Shown: piece by piece, positions 49,540 through 59,789 of the stretch
How the letters are laid out: every line of letters starts with the position of its first letter
Position numbering within the stretch: position 1 is the stretch's first letter
Made by a program: the position numbers and the translations under genes
Notes under the pieces: generated by a model
What the model saw: only the letters and a program-made list of their open reading frames with translations
What the model was told of the DNA's origin: nothing
The model's database searches: none
Origin: Candidatus Bathyarchaeota archaeon
GTDB lineage: Archaea > Thermoproteota > Bathyarchaeia > Bathyarchaeales > Bathycorpusculaceae
Direction of reading: 5' to 3'
Length of the DNA: 59,789 nucleotides
Assembly: GCA_963739305.1 (NCBI GenBank)
Contig: CAVTZU010000014.1
Span: forward strand, 1-59,789

Positions 49540-50100
49540 TTATTCGTAGAATATGAGGTTTTGTTCCTCTAAGCTTTCGTGAAGCTTATGCACTGAGTCA
49601 TAAACGTCCTGTTCTTTCTTCGCCCCTGTGCAAACAAGGTTCCCGCTTGCGAATATCAGTATAACCACCTTGGGCTCGTCCATCCTGTAGATCAATCCTG
49701 GAAACTGCTCCGGCTCATACATGGTTTTTCCAAGCTTGCCAACTGCCAGTTCCAAATCTACCTTTCCGCCTAAACTTACGGAGGCAACAATGTTTTGAAT
49801 CTTCAACTCGGGTTTGCTGATGATAATTATTCCGCCCTTCTTCAACTCTTTAACAACTGCCATAACAGCCCTGCGCGCCAATTTTTCCGATTTCGCTCCT
49901 GTGCAAACCATTTTACCAGAGTTGAAAATCAGCGTGGCGGTCTTCGGTCTCTTAAGCCTAAACACAAGCCCTGGGAACTGTTCTGGGCGGTATTCAACCC
50001 CTGGGTAACTCTTCACGATGGCGTTTAAGTCAACTTTCTGGTTTAATGTAGCAGAAGCAACAACGTTTTGAATGTGTATTATGGCTTTAGTCTTCGGCAT
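49540..50100 (-). CDS. tbp: TATA-binding protein
   Basis: Two IQN(V/I)VAS...Y.PEQFPGL...IF.SG..VCTGAK repeats. Confidence 0.97.
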   Translation of the reverse strand: MPKTKAIIHIQNVVASATLNQKVDLNAIVKSYPGVEYRPEQFPGLVFRLKRPKTATLIFNSGKMVCTGAKSEKLARRAVMAVVKELKKGGIIIISKPELKIQNIVASVSLGGKVDLELAVGKLGKTMYEPEQFPGLIYRMDEPKVVILIFASGNLVCTGAKKEQDVYDSVHKLHESLEEQNLIFYE

Positions 50101-50852
50101 TAGACACCACTTCTTATAGCGTAGCGGATGCTTAAATACGCGTGCGCTATGCCTAAAAAGGAAAGAGAAGAAGAAAGCATAAAGAGAAGCGATTAAAGAA
50201 ATAGTTCTCAATTGTGGTGCGCGTGCTAATGCATAACATCATAGGACAGTTTTTTCCTTGCGATCGATCGATTGTTCTTCCAATCCCCTGAATTCGTCTT
50301 CGGGCGCACGCTAATAATTATTAAGCACTATGGACAATACAGCATTCTACAAGATAATCGTCGGAATAGTGAAATAAGAAAATAAAGAAGATTGAAAAAT
50401 GACTTATAAGCGAAGCAATCGAAAAACTCGAAAGATTCATCGTAAGCACTCTAAAAAAAGGTGAATAGATTTGAGACAAAACAGAAGAGTGGTTAGAGAG
50501 CGAAGATAGAAGCCAGAGCTTGTTATTTCTTGATAAACTCCTGTATTTGCCGAAATCTTGTTTCGCGCGCGCCTCCGTTAGGTTTTCATATCCTTTCAAA
50601 AACTCAGCCATTCCTTGCTTACTCCTTTGTTTCTTGTCACACCGTGACTTTGAACTGGGCAGAGCACATGGAAAGTCAGCCATAAAAGGCTTAAGAAAAA
50701 GCTGTTTGGTTGACCTAATTGCCTAAACAAGAAGGCGTTAATCGATCGTCTCTTGAGTGCGGAAACAAAGGCGTGAACCGCGCCTCACACCTTTCGATTC
50801 TGACAATCAAAATCTTTGGGCAAAGAGTTGTGTAAGACGCTATGGGCCTAGT

Positions 50853-51032
50853 TCATTTGCGTGCTCGATGATAGATTAACGCGATGGCATCGACGATACA
50901 GATCACAACAAGAACCAATAACGGGCTGCCCAAAAATTGACTCGCAAAAGAATCGTCCGCGGCGTACGTGACGCCGATGACCGAGGAAAAGATGAGGAAC
51001 AGGTGCAGTCCCCAATTCGTCAGGCGTTTCAT
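50853..51032 (-). CDS. Small membrane protein (59 aa)
   Basis: MKRLTNWGLHLFLIFSSVIGVTYA...LGSPLLVLVVICIVDAIALIYHRARK*; directly after nusA. Confidence 0.6.
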   Translation of the reverse strand: MKRLTNWGLHLFLIFSSVIGVTYAADDSFASQFLGSPLLVLVVICIVDAIALIYHRARK

Positions 51033-51043
51033 ACCTTAACACT

Positions 51044-51481
51044 TCAAGTTATACTGACGTTCTGTATGTCGAAGTATCTCTTTGCAAGAAAACGCAGTCT
51101 CTCAGCGTTTCTTCCGTTCTTGCCTATTGCCACGCCCTTGTCTTTCGGGTTGACTGCAACTACGGCAATCGACTTGCCATCGGGTCTCTCGGTTATTCTT
51201 ACTTCCTTCACCGCTGCGGGTTTCAACGCGTTCTTGATGAACTGTGCGGGTTCCTCTGCGTACTCGATTATTTCATGTTTCTTGCCCGTCATTCGCTCCA
51301 ACGTGTGGATGTTTCTGCCACCTCTTCCGATAGCTATGCCCACCTGGCCTTCGTTTACGACGTAGAGAACTCGTGCCTGCTCTTCATCGATGATGCAGTC
51401 TTTGACGCTCGCACTCGTTATGCTCTCAAAGAGTGCGATGTAACGCATTTCTGTGCTGGTGAATTTTATGCCCGTTGTCAT
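51044..51481 (-). CDS. nusA: Archaeal NusA-like KH-domain factor
   Basis: GIAIGRGG and GVAIGKNG KH motifs; operon position. Confidence 0.95.
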   Translation of the reverse strand: MTTGIKFTSTEMRYIALFESITSASVKDCIIDEEQARVLYVVNEGQVGIAIGRGGRNIHTLERMTGKKHEIIEYAEEPAQFIKNALKPAAVKEVRITERPDGKSIAVVAVNPKDKGVAIGKNGRNAERLRFLAKRYFDIQNVSIT

Positions 51482-51813
51482 TCGTTGCCTCCGCTGGATT
51501 CGTCAGTCTCAGCGGTTTCCGTCAGTTTTAGGATTTCTGAGTCGCCTGGCTCTCTTATACTTAACGCCGAAACCGTGAATGGTTTTCCGCAGGTGGCAGC
51601 TAAGTCGAGGGATGAGCCTCTGTAGCTTATCAAGGGAACTTTGGAGAGTTTGCAGTAGTATTCAACGTCTTCGCGTACGTTGGAGGGGGCGTTGGCTGCA
51701 AGAATTATCAGCTTGGCCTTTCCTGCCTGAGCGTTTTGAACTGCGGAGGAAGCTCCAAAGCTTACCTTTCCACTTTTCACTGCTGCTGCGATCGCTTTGT
51801 CTATGTCAATCAC
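51478..51813 (-). CDS. rpl30e: 50S ribosomal protein L30e
   Basis: SGKVSFG, CGKPFTVSALSIREPGDSEI. Confidence 0.95.
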   Translation of the reverse strand: MIDIDKAIAAAVKSGKVSFGASSAVQNAQAGKAKLIILAANAPSNVREDVEYYCKLSKVPLISYRGSSLDLAATCGKPFTVSALSIREPGDSEILKLTETAETDESSGGNE

Positions 51814-54800
51814 TTCTTCTCACTCTTCTTTTCAAACGTTGACATGTAAAGTTCTACAAGTCCTGTTCCAATTGGTATTGATTGCCCCACTATTACGTTT
51901 TCGGTCACTCCGGCCAAAGGATCACTTTCACCCTTGACTGCCGCCTCAACGATGTTCGGAACGGTAATTTCGAAAGCGGCGCGGGCAAGTACGCTTGACT
52001 TCTTTCCGCTGATGCCGTGTCTGCCTATCTGTTGCACTTCTCCCGTGGAAGTCATCATGTCCGCGACCAGCATGACGTGTCTCGTGTCGACGTCGAGCCC
52101 TTGTTCCTCCAGGACCCCTTTGGCTTCATTCACCAACGCGTTTCTGGATGCTTCGATGCCCAGAGTCTTTGCGATTTCGTGAACGTTGTTCGTCGTTGTC
52201 CTGGTCGTGTCGACGCCTGGAATATCAAGAACTCGGGGCAGGTTTGACCCGTCGGTGTTTATGACCCATTCTCCGTGTTCTTCGGTGACCAAGACTCGTT
52301 TTATGCCGGGTACGCCCTTCACGTGGAAGACGGAAACCTTCCCGAGTAGTTTCTTGATGGCTTCAACTTTTTTGGGTTGTATGTGAATGCTGCTCGCCTT
52401 CATTTTGACTGTGGCGTTGGGCAGCTCAAGCCTGGCCTTCAGATCCTGCATCGTGACTTGCCGGTCCTCCATCATCGTCTTGTCAAGCTCTATTATGATC
52501 TCGTCGTGCACTGGGTCTAGGTAGACTGCTTCAGCAAGGTTCTCCATCGTGGTGTACACGATGTCCCGGGCAACCTTAACGGCTGCTTCCTTGCTTTTTC
52601 GAAACTCTTCCGTCAAGTAGATCTTCATGATCGGCGTTGATGGAATTCTTCGGGCGTCAACGATCTCGATCAGCCGCGGCAAACCTAGAGTGACGTTCTG
52701 TTCCCTAACACCTGCGTAATGGAACGTTCTCAACGTCATCTGAGTTCCCGGTTCACCGATCGACTGAGCCGAGACGATGCCTACGGCTTCGCCTGGTTCC
52801 ATCAGCGCACGCTTGTAACGTTCAACCGTGAGGTTGATCGCCTTTTCAACGGCGGTTTTACTCAGTTCAGCCTTTCCCAGACTTTGTTTGAGTTGGTCCA
52901 CCAGAATCGGGGTGAGTTGACCTTCAACCTTGTCCAGTTCATCTTTGATGAACTCGGCAGTTCCACCCTTGCCCTTCTCTTTCCCGATTCGTATCTGATC
53001 GACAAGTCGGCTCACGTTGACCGCTTTTCCGTGATCGCTCTTTGCTGGATCAACGCCGTCCTCGCCGTATTGGAACTGTATTATGTCGCCAGCGGAGTTT
53101 CTGACGGTGCCGTCGTACTCGAGCCGTATGTGTTCAAGCGCGTTTATCAACCGTCTCTGCATGTACCCACTCTGCTGTGTTCGCACGGCTGTGTCGACTA
53201 GGCCTTCTCTTCCGCCCATGGCGTGGAAGAAGAACTCTATGACGTCGAGCCCACTTTGGTACGATGAGTAAACGAACCCTCTTGCCTTTGGCCGTTGGTC
53301 GCCTGCCTGGAAGTGTGGTAGGGCCCTGTCCACGTATCCTCGGAGTATTCTCTTGCCACGGACCGACTGTTGCCCTACGCATGCGCTGATCTGGCCGATG
53401 TTGAGGCTTGAGCCTCTCGCACCAGTCCTCGTCATCACGATTCCGGAGTTCTCCAGCGTGAAGTCTTCGTCGGCTATCTTGCCGGATTCATCTCTTGCCT
53501 TGGCCAGCTCGTTCATGACGTATATCTCAAACGAATCTTCAAGCGACTGTCCTGGAAGTCTAGGCAACGTGCCCTTCCGGGAGCTTTCAATGAGATCCTC
53601 GATCTTTTTCTCGATTCTTTCCATGGTCTTGCCTATGCGTTCTTCAGCCCTCGGGGACAACACAAGCTCGTTGTACGCGTACGTGAAGCCGCGCATCGAA
53701 ATGTAGGTTTTGAGCATTCTGGTTATCTTGTTGAGGAACTCTCGTCCAGCTTGAGTTCCATAATCCTTGATTATCCTGTGTAGTAGGCTTTCGGACTGTT
53801 CGGCACCGATCGAGCGCCTGTCAATCACACCGCTTATCAGTTCGCCGTTCCTGACCACGACGTAGGCGTCGTACTTGCATTCCTCTTCTAGACACTTGGT
53901 GCAACCCTGACAGATGTTGGCTTTCAAGACGTAATTCATGTCCTTGGGGAGAAAGAGGCTGAAAATCTGTTTCCCAGTCCACAATGGCTGGGGTTCCTTG
54001 ATTTTCGGCGGGGGCATTTCGCCGTCGTACTTTGACGCTAGCAGCAACTTGTTGACTTGGATTCTCGTCAAGTAAGTGTTGTGCCTCGTGAACAAGTAAG
54101 CGGAGGTTATGAAGTCTCTGATCGCGCCTATTATAGGTCCTCCGAACCTCGGCGAGAGAATCTGGTCTTGAACTTGCATCAGCAACAGTGCTTCAGTCCG
54201 GGCTTCTTCGCTCTGTGGGATGTGCAGGTTCATCTCGTCGCCGTCAAAGTCCGCGTTGTACGGCGGGCACACGCACAGGTGAAGGCGGAACGTCTTGTAA
54301 GGGAGTACTCGAACGTAATGCGCCATTATGGACATGCGGTGAAGTGAGGGCTGACGATTGAATATGGCTATGTCGCCGTTCTTCAGGTGCCTTTCGACCA
54401 CGAACCCAAGTTCGACGGCTTCTGCGATCTTTTCTCTGTCCACGACGAACTCGAGCCTTATGCGTTTCCCGTCAGGCCTGATTATGTACAGGGCTCCAGG
54501 ATACTTTTCAGGCCCGTTCTTGATCAAGCTGCGCATTTCCTCTATGTTCCATTCTGTCACTTTTTCGGGAACGGACAGCCGTATGGCCACTTCCAACGGA
54601 ACGCCGACCTCGTTTATGTCAAGGTTCGGATCTGGCGAAACAACCGTTCTGGCTGAGAAGTCAACTCTCTTTCCGGAAAGGTTGCTTCGGAACCTTCCTT
54701 CTTTCCCTTTCAGCCTCTGAGACAGCGTTTTCAAGGCTCTTCCCGAGCGATGTCGTGCCGGCGGTATTCCTGAAGCTTCGTTGTTGAAGTACGTCGTGAC

Positions 54801-55631
54801 GTGGTACTGCAGAAGCTCTGACAAGTCTTGAATGATCAAGGTGGGAGCTCCTGCATCCATGTTTTCTTTCAGTCTTTGGTTAATGCGGATGATGTCAACA
54901 AGCTTATGGGTAAGATCGTCTTCTGACCGAATTCCTGATTCAAGAGTGATTGAAGGTCTGACATAGACTGGTGGAACAGGAAGAACTTGCAGAACCATCC
55001 ATTCGGGACGCGCGGTTTTCGGGTTGAAGCCCAACAGCTCCAAATCCTCGTCTGCGATGCGCTCCATCCTTTCTCGAACCATACTGGGAGTCAAAGGCTC
55101 GGAGCCACTTTCGGGTATCTGCTCGCTGAACTTTGTAGGCTTCTCAAAGGTTATCTTGTTTTGCGCAGCAGCACAGTGAGGACACTGCTTCCTCTTCGTT
55201 TCCTGCATTATCGATTTGTAAACCTCATCTGGAACCAGGCCGAGAAGCTCCTTCGTCTTCTCCACTCTAGCCTTAGCTTTCTCGATGACGTCGTCTGGAA
55301 GCATTATGCGTCCGCAATTGCGGCAAGTCGCCCGTAACAAGTCGAATATTATCTTCGTAAACTCGATGTGGACTATTGGGACTGCGAGCTCGATGTGGCC
55401 AAAGTGCCCTGGACACCGAATTGCGGTGTTTCCGCAGGTCTTGCATCTCTGCCGAGGTTCCAGCGTTCCGAGTCTTCCGTCCATCAGACCAGACGATATG
55501 GGAGCGCCATCCTCGTCGTAGGTGTCTGGCGTTTGAATTTCGACGACTGAAAGCCTGCGCACGTCTTGAGGCGAGAACATTCCGAAGTTTATTTCGTCAA
55601 CTACTTTTCTAACAATCTCTTCCGCCGACAT
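51810..55631 (-). CDS. rpoA: RNA polymerase largest subunit, fused A'+A''
   Basis: NADFDGDEMN and AQSIGEPGTQMTL in one ORF; ATG at 55631. Confidence 0.97.
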   Translation of the reverse strand: MSAEEIVRKVVDEINFGMFSPQDVRRLSVVEIQTPDTYDEDGAPISSGLMDGRLGTLEPRQRCKTCGNTAIRCPGHFGHIELAVPIVHIEFTKIIFDLLRATCRNCGRIMLPDDVIEKAKARVEKTKELLGLVPDEVYKSIMQETKRKQCPHCAAAQNKITFEKPTKFSEQIPESGSEPLTPSMVRERMERIADEDLELLGFNPKTARPEWMVLQVLPVPPVYVRPSITLESGIRSEDDLTHKLVDIIRINQRLKENMDAGAPTLIIQDLSELLQYHVTTYFNNEASGIPPARHRSGRALKTLSQRLKGKEGRFRSNLSGKRVDFSARTVVSPDPNLDINEVGVPLEVAIRLSVPEKVTEWNIEEMRSLIKNGPEKYPGALYIIRPDGKRIRLEFVVDREKIAEAVELGFVVERHLKNGDIAIFNRQPSLHRMSIMAHYVRVLPYKTFRLHLCVCPPYNADFDGDEMNLHIPQSEEARTEALLLMQVQDQILSPRFGGPIIGAIRDFITSAYLFTRHNTYLTRIQVNKLLLASKYDGEMPPPKIKEPQPLWTGKQIFSLFLPKDMNYVLKANICQGCTKCLEEECKYDAYVVVRNGELISGVIDRRSIGAEQSESLLHRIIKDYGTQAGREFLNKITRMLKTYISMRGFTYAYNELVLSPRAEERIGKTMERIEKKIEDLIESSRKGTLPRLPGQSLEDSFEIYVMNELAKARDESGKIADEDFTLENSGIVMTRTGARGSSLNIGQISACVGQQSVRGKRILRGYVDRALPHFQAGDQRPKARGFVYSSYQSGLDVIEFFFHAMGGREGLVDTAVRTQQSGYMQRRLINALEHIRLEYDGTVRNSAGDIIQFQYGEDGVDPAKSDHGKAVNVSRLVDQIRIGKEKGKGGTAEFIKDELDKVEGQLTPILVDQLKQSLGKAELSKTAVEKAINLTVERYKRALMEPGEAVGIVSAQSIGEPGTQMTLRTFHYAGVREQNVTLGLPRLIEIVDARRIPSTPIMKIYLTEEFRKSKEAAVKVARDIVYTTMENLAEAVYLDPVHDEIIIELDKTMMEDRQVTMQDLKARLELPNATVKMKASSIHIQPKKVEAIKKLLGKVSVFHVKGVPGIKRVLVTEEHGEWVINTDGSNLPRVLDIPGVDTTRTTTNNVHEIAKTLGIEASRNALVNEAKGVLEEQGLDVDTRHVMLVADMMTSTGEVQQIGRHGISGKKSSVLARAAFEITVPNIVEAAVKGESDPLAGVTENVIVGQSIPIGTGLVELYMSTFEKKSEKK

Positions 55632-55632
55632 G

Positions 55633-58600
55633 TTATGCCTTCTCCTTAAGCGCCAGTCGCGGCGATACACATAGGCTCATCAGCTCCTGCAACAGAAGCT
55701 TGAATGCGTAGGACACAATCACGGGGGAAACCTTGGCTTTGTCCTCGCAGAGTTTGCACACGTACTTTCTCTGCTTCATATCATAGTAGGCGATGTGACC
55801 GCACGTTTCACAAATGTAAAGCGTGTACTTGTCAGACTCTTCGAGAAGCCGGTCCCTCAGCAGCATCGCGGCTCCATGACCGATGAGACAGTCTCGTTCC
55901 ATTTCTCCGAACCTCAGGCCGCCGCCTCTGGCTCTGCCTTCAGTCGGTTGTCTGGTCAGCATCTGCACTTGGCCTCTTGCTCTCGCGTGGATCTTGTCGG
56001 CCACCATGTGGTGCAGTTTCTGGTAGTGAACAACTCCAACGTAAACGTCAGCGACAAACTTTTCACCCGTGACGCCGCTGTAGAACGTTTCCGCTCCCGT
56101 GCTGCTGAACCCGAGCCTTATCAGGGAATTTCGAAGCTCTGTCGGCCCTTCGTTTGCGAAGGGTGTGCCATCAACCGGTCTTCCGCGCGCAGATGCAACT
56201 TTTCCTGCCAATGATTCAATGAACTGTCCAACGGTCATCCTTGACGGAATCGCGTGCGGGTTGATTATCAGGTCTGGTACTATGCCGTCCTCGGTGAAAG
56301 GCATATCCTCCTGCGGCACGATTAGTCCGATGACGCCTTTTTGCCCGTGTCGAGAAGCAAACTTGTCGCCTAGCTCGGGGACGCGTTGATCTCTGACCCT
56401 GACCTTGACCAGTTTGCTGCCTTCTCCCGACTGCGTTATGAAAATAGCATCAATAGTGCCAGTTTCTGAGGGGCGCATGTCCACCGACGTGTCACGCATC
56501 GATGGTCCTTTGACCTCAAACTCCTTGTATTCCTCGAGGAACCTGGGCGGACTGATTCTTCCGATAAGGACATCTCCGCCTGTGACGCTGGATTCAAGCC
56601 CGATTATTCCGTCGGGTTCCAGCAGCCGGTAGTATTGCTCACCCCGGTATCCGCGGGTTCCCGCTTCGGGCAAGGTGAACTTGTCTTTCAAGCCTCCGAG
56701 GTACTGGCGGCACTCAGCCTCATAGATGCGGAAGAAGGTTGAGCGTCCCAGTCCTCGTTCTATCGAAGCCTTGTTAAAGACCAGAGCGTCTTCCATGTTG
56801 TAGCCTTCGAAAGACAGGACGGCGACAACGTAGTTCTGTCCTGAAGGCCGCAGCTTGTAGCCCATAGTCTCCATCAGCGCCGTCTCTGCGAGGGGAACTT
56901 GCGGATAGTGCAACACGTGGCTTCTTGAATCTGCGCGTTGCTGGAAATTGGTTGAGTAAACGCCTAATGCCTGCTTGGCCATGGCAGCCTGATAGGAGTT
57001 GCGTGGCGATTGGTTGTGCTCAGCGTACGGTATGGTTGAGGCGCAGATTCCAAGAATCGTGTACGGGGCGATTTCAAGATGGGTGTGATCGTTGGAAAGC
57101 AGATCATGACTCAGGGCTACGTAAGCGTTTTCCTCTTCCTCTGCATCCAGGTACTCAACGATTCCGTTCTTCACCAAGTCTTCCCATGCCCACTCGCTTG
57201 TAACGATCTTTTCGACGTGCTCGGGCTGAAGCCTCGGCAGTCCATTGTCAACTATTATTAGGGGGCGTCGAACTCTGCCCTCGTCACAGTTCAGGTACGT
57301 CTCTTCTCTTTCACCTTGAGTTCTGGAGAAGTATGCGACGTTGACTTCTGTGGATATCTCTCCCCGCCTTCTCCTGTCCCTGAAGTCTCGACTCAACTGT
57401 TCCGGCGTGCTACAGTATCCGACTATGTTGCCGTCCACGAACACTTTGGACCCGTTTAGCCTCAGGTCTTCGCTTGCTTCCAATACCGGGGCGACTCCGC
57501 TGCTAAACAGAAGCTGCTTTATCTTGTCGGCGTTCACGCCCACCGATATACAGGCGGACAAGGCCAGGTTCTTGACGAGTCCACAGTTCGAGCCTTCAGG
57601 CGTCTCGTTTGGACACAATCGTCCCCAGTGTGTAGCGTGCAGGTCTCTGGCCTCAAAGTTTGGTTGGCTTCTGCTCAAAGGCGACTGAAGCCTTCGAAGG
57701 TGACTCAGGGTGGAGATGTGGTTTGTTCTGTCGAGAAGCTGGGTTATACCCACTCTTCCCCTTCCCCAATTTCCTGTGGCCAGTGCATGCTGGAATCTTT
57801 CAGCGATTATTCCTGGTCTCACTGCGGCGGAGACGGTTATTATCGGTCCCTTCACTCCTATTCGTTCAAGCTGATACTTTATGTCGCGGGTGAGGTTTCT
57901 GAAAGCTACTCTGAACAGGTCTGCGAGCAGAGGACCCGCAAGCCTCAAGCGCTTGTTCTTAAAATGGTCTTTATCGTCAATCATCCTCTTGCCCATCGAC
58001 AACTCGATGGCTCTGCTCGCCATCTCGCCAAGGAAAAGAGCTTTGTCCTTTCTTTTCTGATCGGTCCTGCCGATGTGCGGAAGGAAGTTCTTGTCAATTG
58101 CCGTCTCGGCCTTCTGAACGCGGTACTCCTCAACCTGTCCGTGTGCAACACGGTTGCCGATGAACAGAATCGCGTCCTTGGCTGTGTCAACGCCCAAAGC
58201 TTTCTCGAAAGATGGTTCCAGCGTAGCCTGAACCTCCTTGTTCAGGGAAATCGCTTCGGCTATCTCCTTGTCCGACTCTAGTCCCAAAGCACGCATCAAT
58301 ACGACGAAGGGAACTTCGGATGGAACGCCCGGCATCGTGACGTAGATAGCGCCGTCGGACTTTATTTTCAGCTCGATTCTCGCTCTGAAACCGACGGTTG
58401 TGGAGAATATTTTCGACTGGTACACTGGTGTTGCTCCCTTCTCATCGATGTCGACGATGATTCGGTTCGGTGCCAGGTCTTCCATTGCAACTATGACGCG
58501 TTCTGAACCGTTGACGACGAAATAGCCTCCAGGGTCGTCTGGGTCTTCTCCAACTCCAATCAGTTCTTCTCTTGAGAGCTGTGATAAGAAGCACAGCTTC

Positions 58601-59004
58601 GACTTGAGCATCACAGGGATATTTCCGATGTAGACCAACTCAGTGTCCTGTTCTCTTCCATCAATGACCGGCGTCATCTCCAGGGCCACGGGCGCCGCAT
58701 AGGTTAAATTGCGAAGTCTGGCCTCCAACGGGTAGATTTCATGTTTTGTTCCGTCAACTTCAGTCGCATACGGTCCAGTTATCCTTGTCTGCGGGTCGAT
58801 TATCCATATCTGCCCAAGCTTGACCTTGTACGGGTTCTCGGGCACTTCTATTGGGATTTCACCGACTTCGTCTATTACTTCCTGCAAGCCACGGTCGATG
58901 TACTCGTTGTAAGAGTCCAGATGCTGACGTACCAAACCTTTGTCCTTGAAAAACGCGTTCAACAATAGATGGGTATCTTCTTTCGATATCTCAGTCAAAT
59001 TCAA
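55633..59004 (-). CDS. rpoB: RNA polymerase subunit B (unsplit)
   Basis: GDKFASRHGQKG, GGLRFGEMERDC. Confidence 0.97.
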   Translation of the reverse strand: MNLTEISKEDTHLLLNAFFKDKGLVRQHLDSYNEYIDRGLQEVIDEVGEIPIEVPENPYKVKLGQIWIIDPQTRITGPYATEVDGTKHEIYPLEARLRNLTYAAPVALEMTPVIDGREQDTELVYIGNIPVMLKSKLCFLSQLSREELIGVGEDPDDPGGYFVVNGSERVIVAMEDLAPNRIIVDIDEKGATPVYQSKIFSTTVGFRARIELKIKSDGAIYVTMPGVPSEVPFVVLMRALGLESDKEIAEAISLNKEVQATLEPSFEKALGVDTAKDAILFIGNRVAHGQVEEYRVQKAETAIDKNFLPHIGRTDQKRKDKALFLGEMASRAIELSMGKRMIDDKDHFKNKRLRLAGPLLADLFRVAFRNLTRDIKYQLERIGVKGPIITVSAAVRPGIIAERFQHALATGNWGRGRVGITQLLDRTNHISTLSHLRRLQSPLSRSQPNFEARDLHATHWGRLCPNETPEGSNCGLVKNLALSACISVGVNADKIKQLLFSSGVAPVLEASEDLRLNGSKVFVDGNIVGYCSTPEQLSRDFRDRRRRGEISTEVNVAYFSRTQGEREETYLNCDEGRVRRPLIIVDNGLPRLQPEHVEKIVTSEWAWEDLVKNGIVEYLDAEEEENAYVALSHDLLSNDHTHLEIAPYTILGICASTIPYAEHNQSPRNSYQAAMAKQALGVYSTNFQQRADSRSHVLHYPQVPLAETALMETMGYKLRPSGQNYVVAVLSFEGYNMEDALVFNKASIERGLGRSTFFRIYEAECRQYLGGLKDKFTLPEAGTRGYRGEQYYRLLEPDGIIGLESSVTGGDVLIGRISPPRFLEEYKEFEVKGPSMRDTSVDMRPSETGTIDAIFITQSGEGSKLVKVRVRDQRVPELGDKFASRHGQKGVIGLIVPQEDMPFTEDGIVPDLIINPHAIPSRMTVGQFIESLAGKVASARGRPVDGTPFANEGPTELRNSLIRLGFSSTGAETFYSGVTGEKFVADVYVGVVHYQKLHHMVADKIHARARGQVQMLTRQPTEGRARGGGLRFGEMERDCLIGHGAAMLLRDRLLEESDKYTLYICETCGHIAYYDMKQRKYVCKLCEDKAKVSPVIVSYAFKLLLQELMSLCVSPRLALKEKA

Positions 59005-59364
59005 TCATCCCCCGCAACTTCCACGTTTAAACTAACGCTAACGAAACGGTTTGATGCGGGTTTTCTCAAACTTTGAGTTTCCTCCAATTGTTGGGTCATT
59101 CCAACTCGAAAAATGGTCGCCAATATTAAAGAGCTAGAACGTAAACTACGAAGCTGGCTAATAAACTTTTTTGTAAAGGAAATAAGCTTTCCGCTTCTTT
59201 TCCAGGCTATCTCTGCACGTTTCTAGACGCTCAAATTTGACCTTGTGAACCGTGCAACAGTCTTTTGTTCTTGACGTGAACACTTTCTGTTGTGGGTTTT
59301 GCTCTGTCTTTCTTTCTATCGAGTAATGCTTAATTATGCTTTGTGCAAATCTAAGTGTTTGCGT

Positions 59365-59452
59365 GCAGCGGTCGCCAAGCCAGGTCAAAGGCGAAGGACT
59401 CAAGATCCTTTCCCGTAGGGGTTCGCCGGTTCAAATCCGGCCCGCTGCACCA
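59365..59452 (+). tRNA. tRNA-Leu(CAA)
   Basis: AAGGA-CT-CAA-GA-TCCTT anticodon arm, long variable arm, encoded CCA. Confidence 0.95.
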
Positions 59453-59789
59453 GTTTCTCTTACGCAATTGTGTTTCGAAGGTTCCGTTTCTGAGGAATTG
59501 GACGTGGCGTATTTGTGTTGGGCAACAACTCAGACACGTTTATTAAGATTCACGACACAGCGTGTTAATCCTCGGAGATTAATGAAATGCCAAAACAAAG
59601 AGAACGGAATAAACCGAAAAAGGACGAAAACTTCACCGCGCCGATCGTTGATTCTTCATTTTCGTACGAGCAGCTTATTCACAAGAGACAGACCTGATCT
59701 TCCATATCTAGTCTTCAGAAACGTCAACAACATCCTCCTTGACTTCGTCATTGTGAGTTCGAAATCGAAAAGGGCGATGATTCGGCCAA

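Noticed and set aside
50399-50464. 21-aa basic peptide MTYKRSNRKTRKIHRKHSKKR
   Set aside because: A-rich context readily gives Lys/Arg-rich frames; no RBS or homology support
1-59789. CRISPR array, cas genes, rRNA or IS transposase
   Set aside because: No regularly spaced repeats or recognisable motifs seen by eye
1-59789. Genome-wide TAG reassignment
   Set aside because: Well-conserved genes such as rpoH, mscL, cobO, fumC and the mutase end at TAG at their expected C-termini

Overview
Archaeal chromosomal window, most likely Bathyarchaeia (TACK). This is inferred from the unsplit rpoB, fused rpoA'/A'', TBP, NusA/L30e, NitrOD5-like proteins, dockerin-tipped secreted proteins and a Bathyarchaeia-style integrase tail. 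The main result is a 5,598-bp integrated element (9427-15024) that splits a tandem ParB/Srx-domain gene. It has a 6-bp GTTCCA crossover core and bipartite inverted arm sites, and excision restores an intact 260-aa ORF. It carries two different tyrosine recombinases, a Zot-like P-loop ATPase module with a membrane protein, RHH/wHTH/Zn-finger genes and an origin-like repeat region, but no recognisable capsid or replicase. A second, decayed 3.1-kb island sits at tRNA-Ile. Other notable loci: a hinge-less Smc5/6-like ATPase with kleisin-like and kite-like partners; an RPB5-sized two-domain RpoH with a 42-bp 3' duplication; a thiolase/DUF35 + Cys-less type III PKS-like + isobutyryl-CoA-mutase-type B12 cluster; an nrdR-nrdD-nrdG operon with NrdR boxes; a tRNA-Arg with a 45/46 intron; and a strongly enriched intergenic GCGCGCGC palindrome. 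Many single-base frameshifts (especially 1-7.2 kb) probably reflect sequencing or assembly errors, so pseudogene calls are provisional. All calls were made by eye from motifs; no database searches were run.
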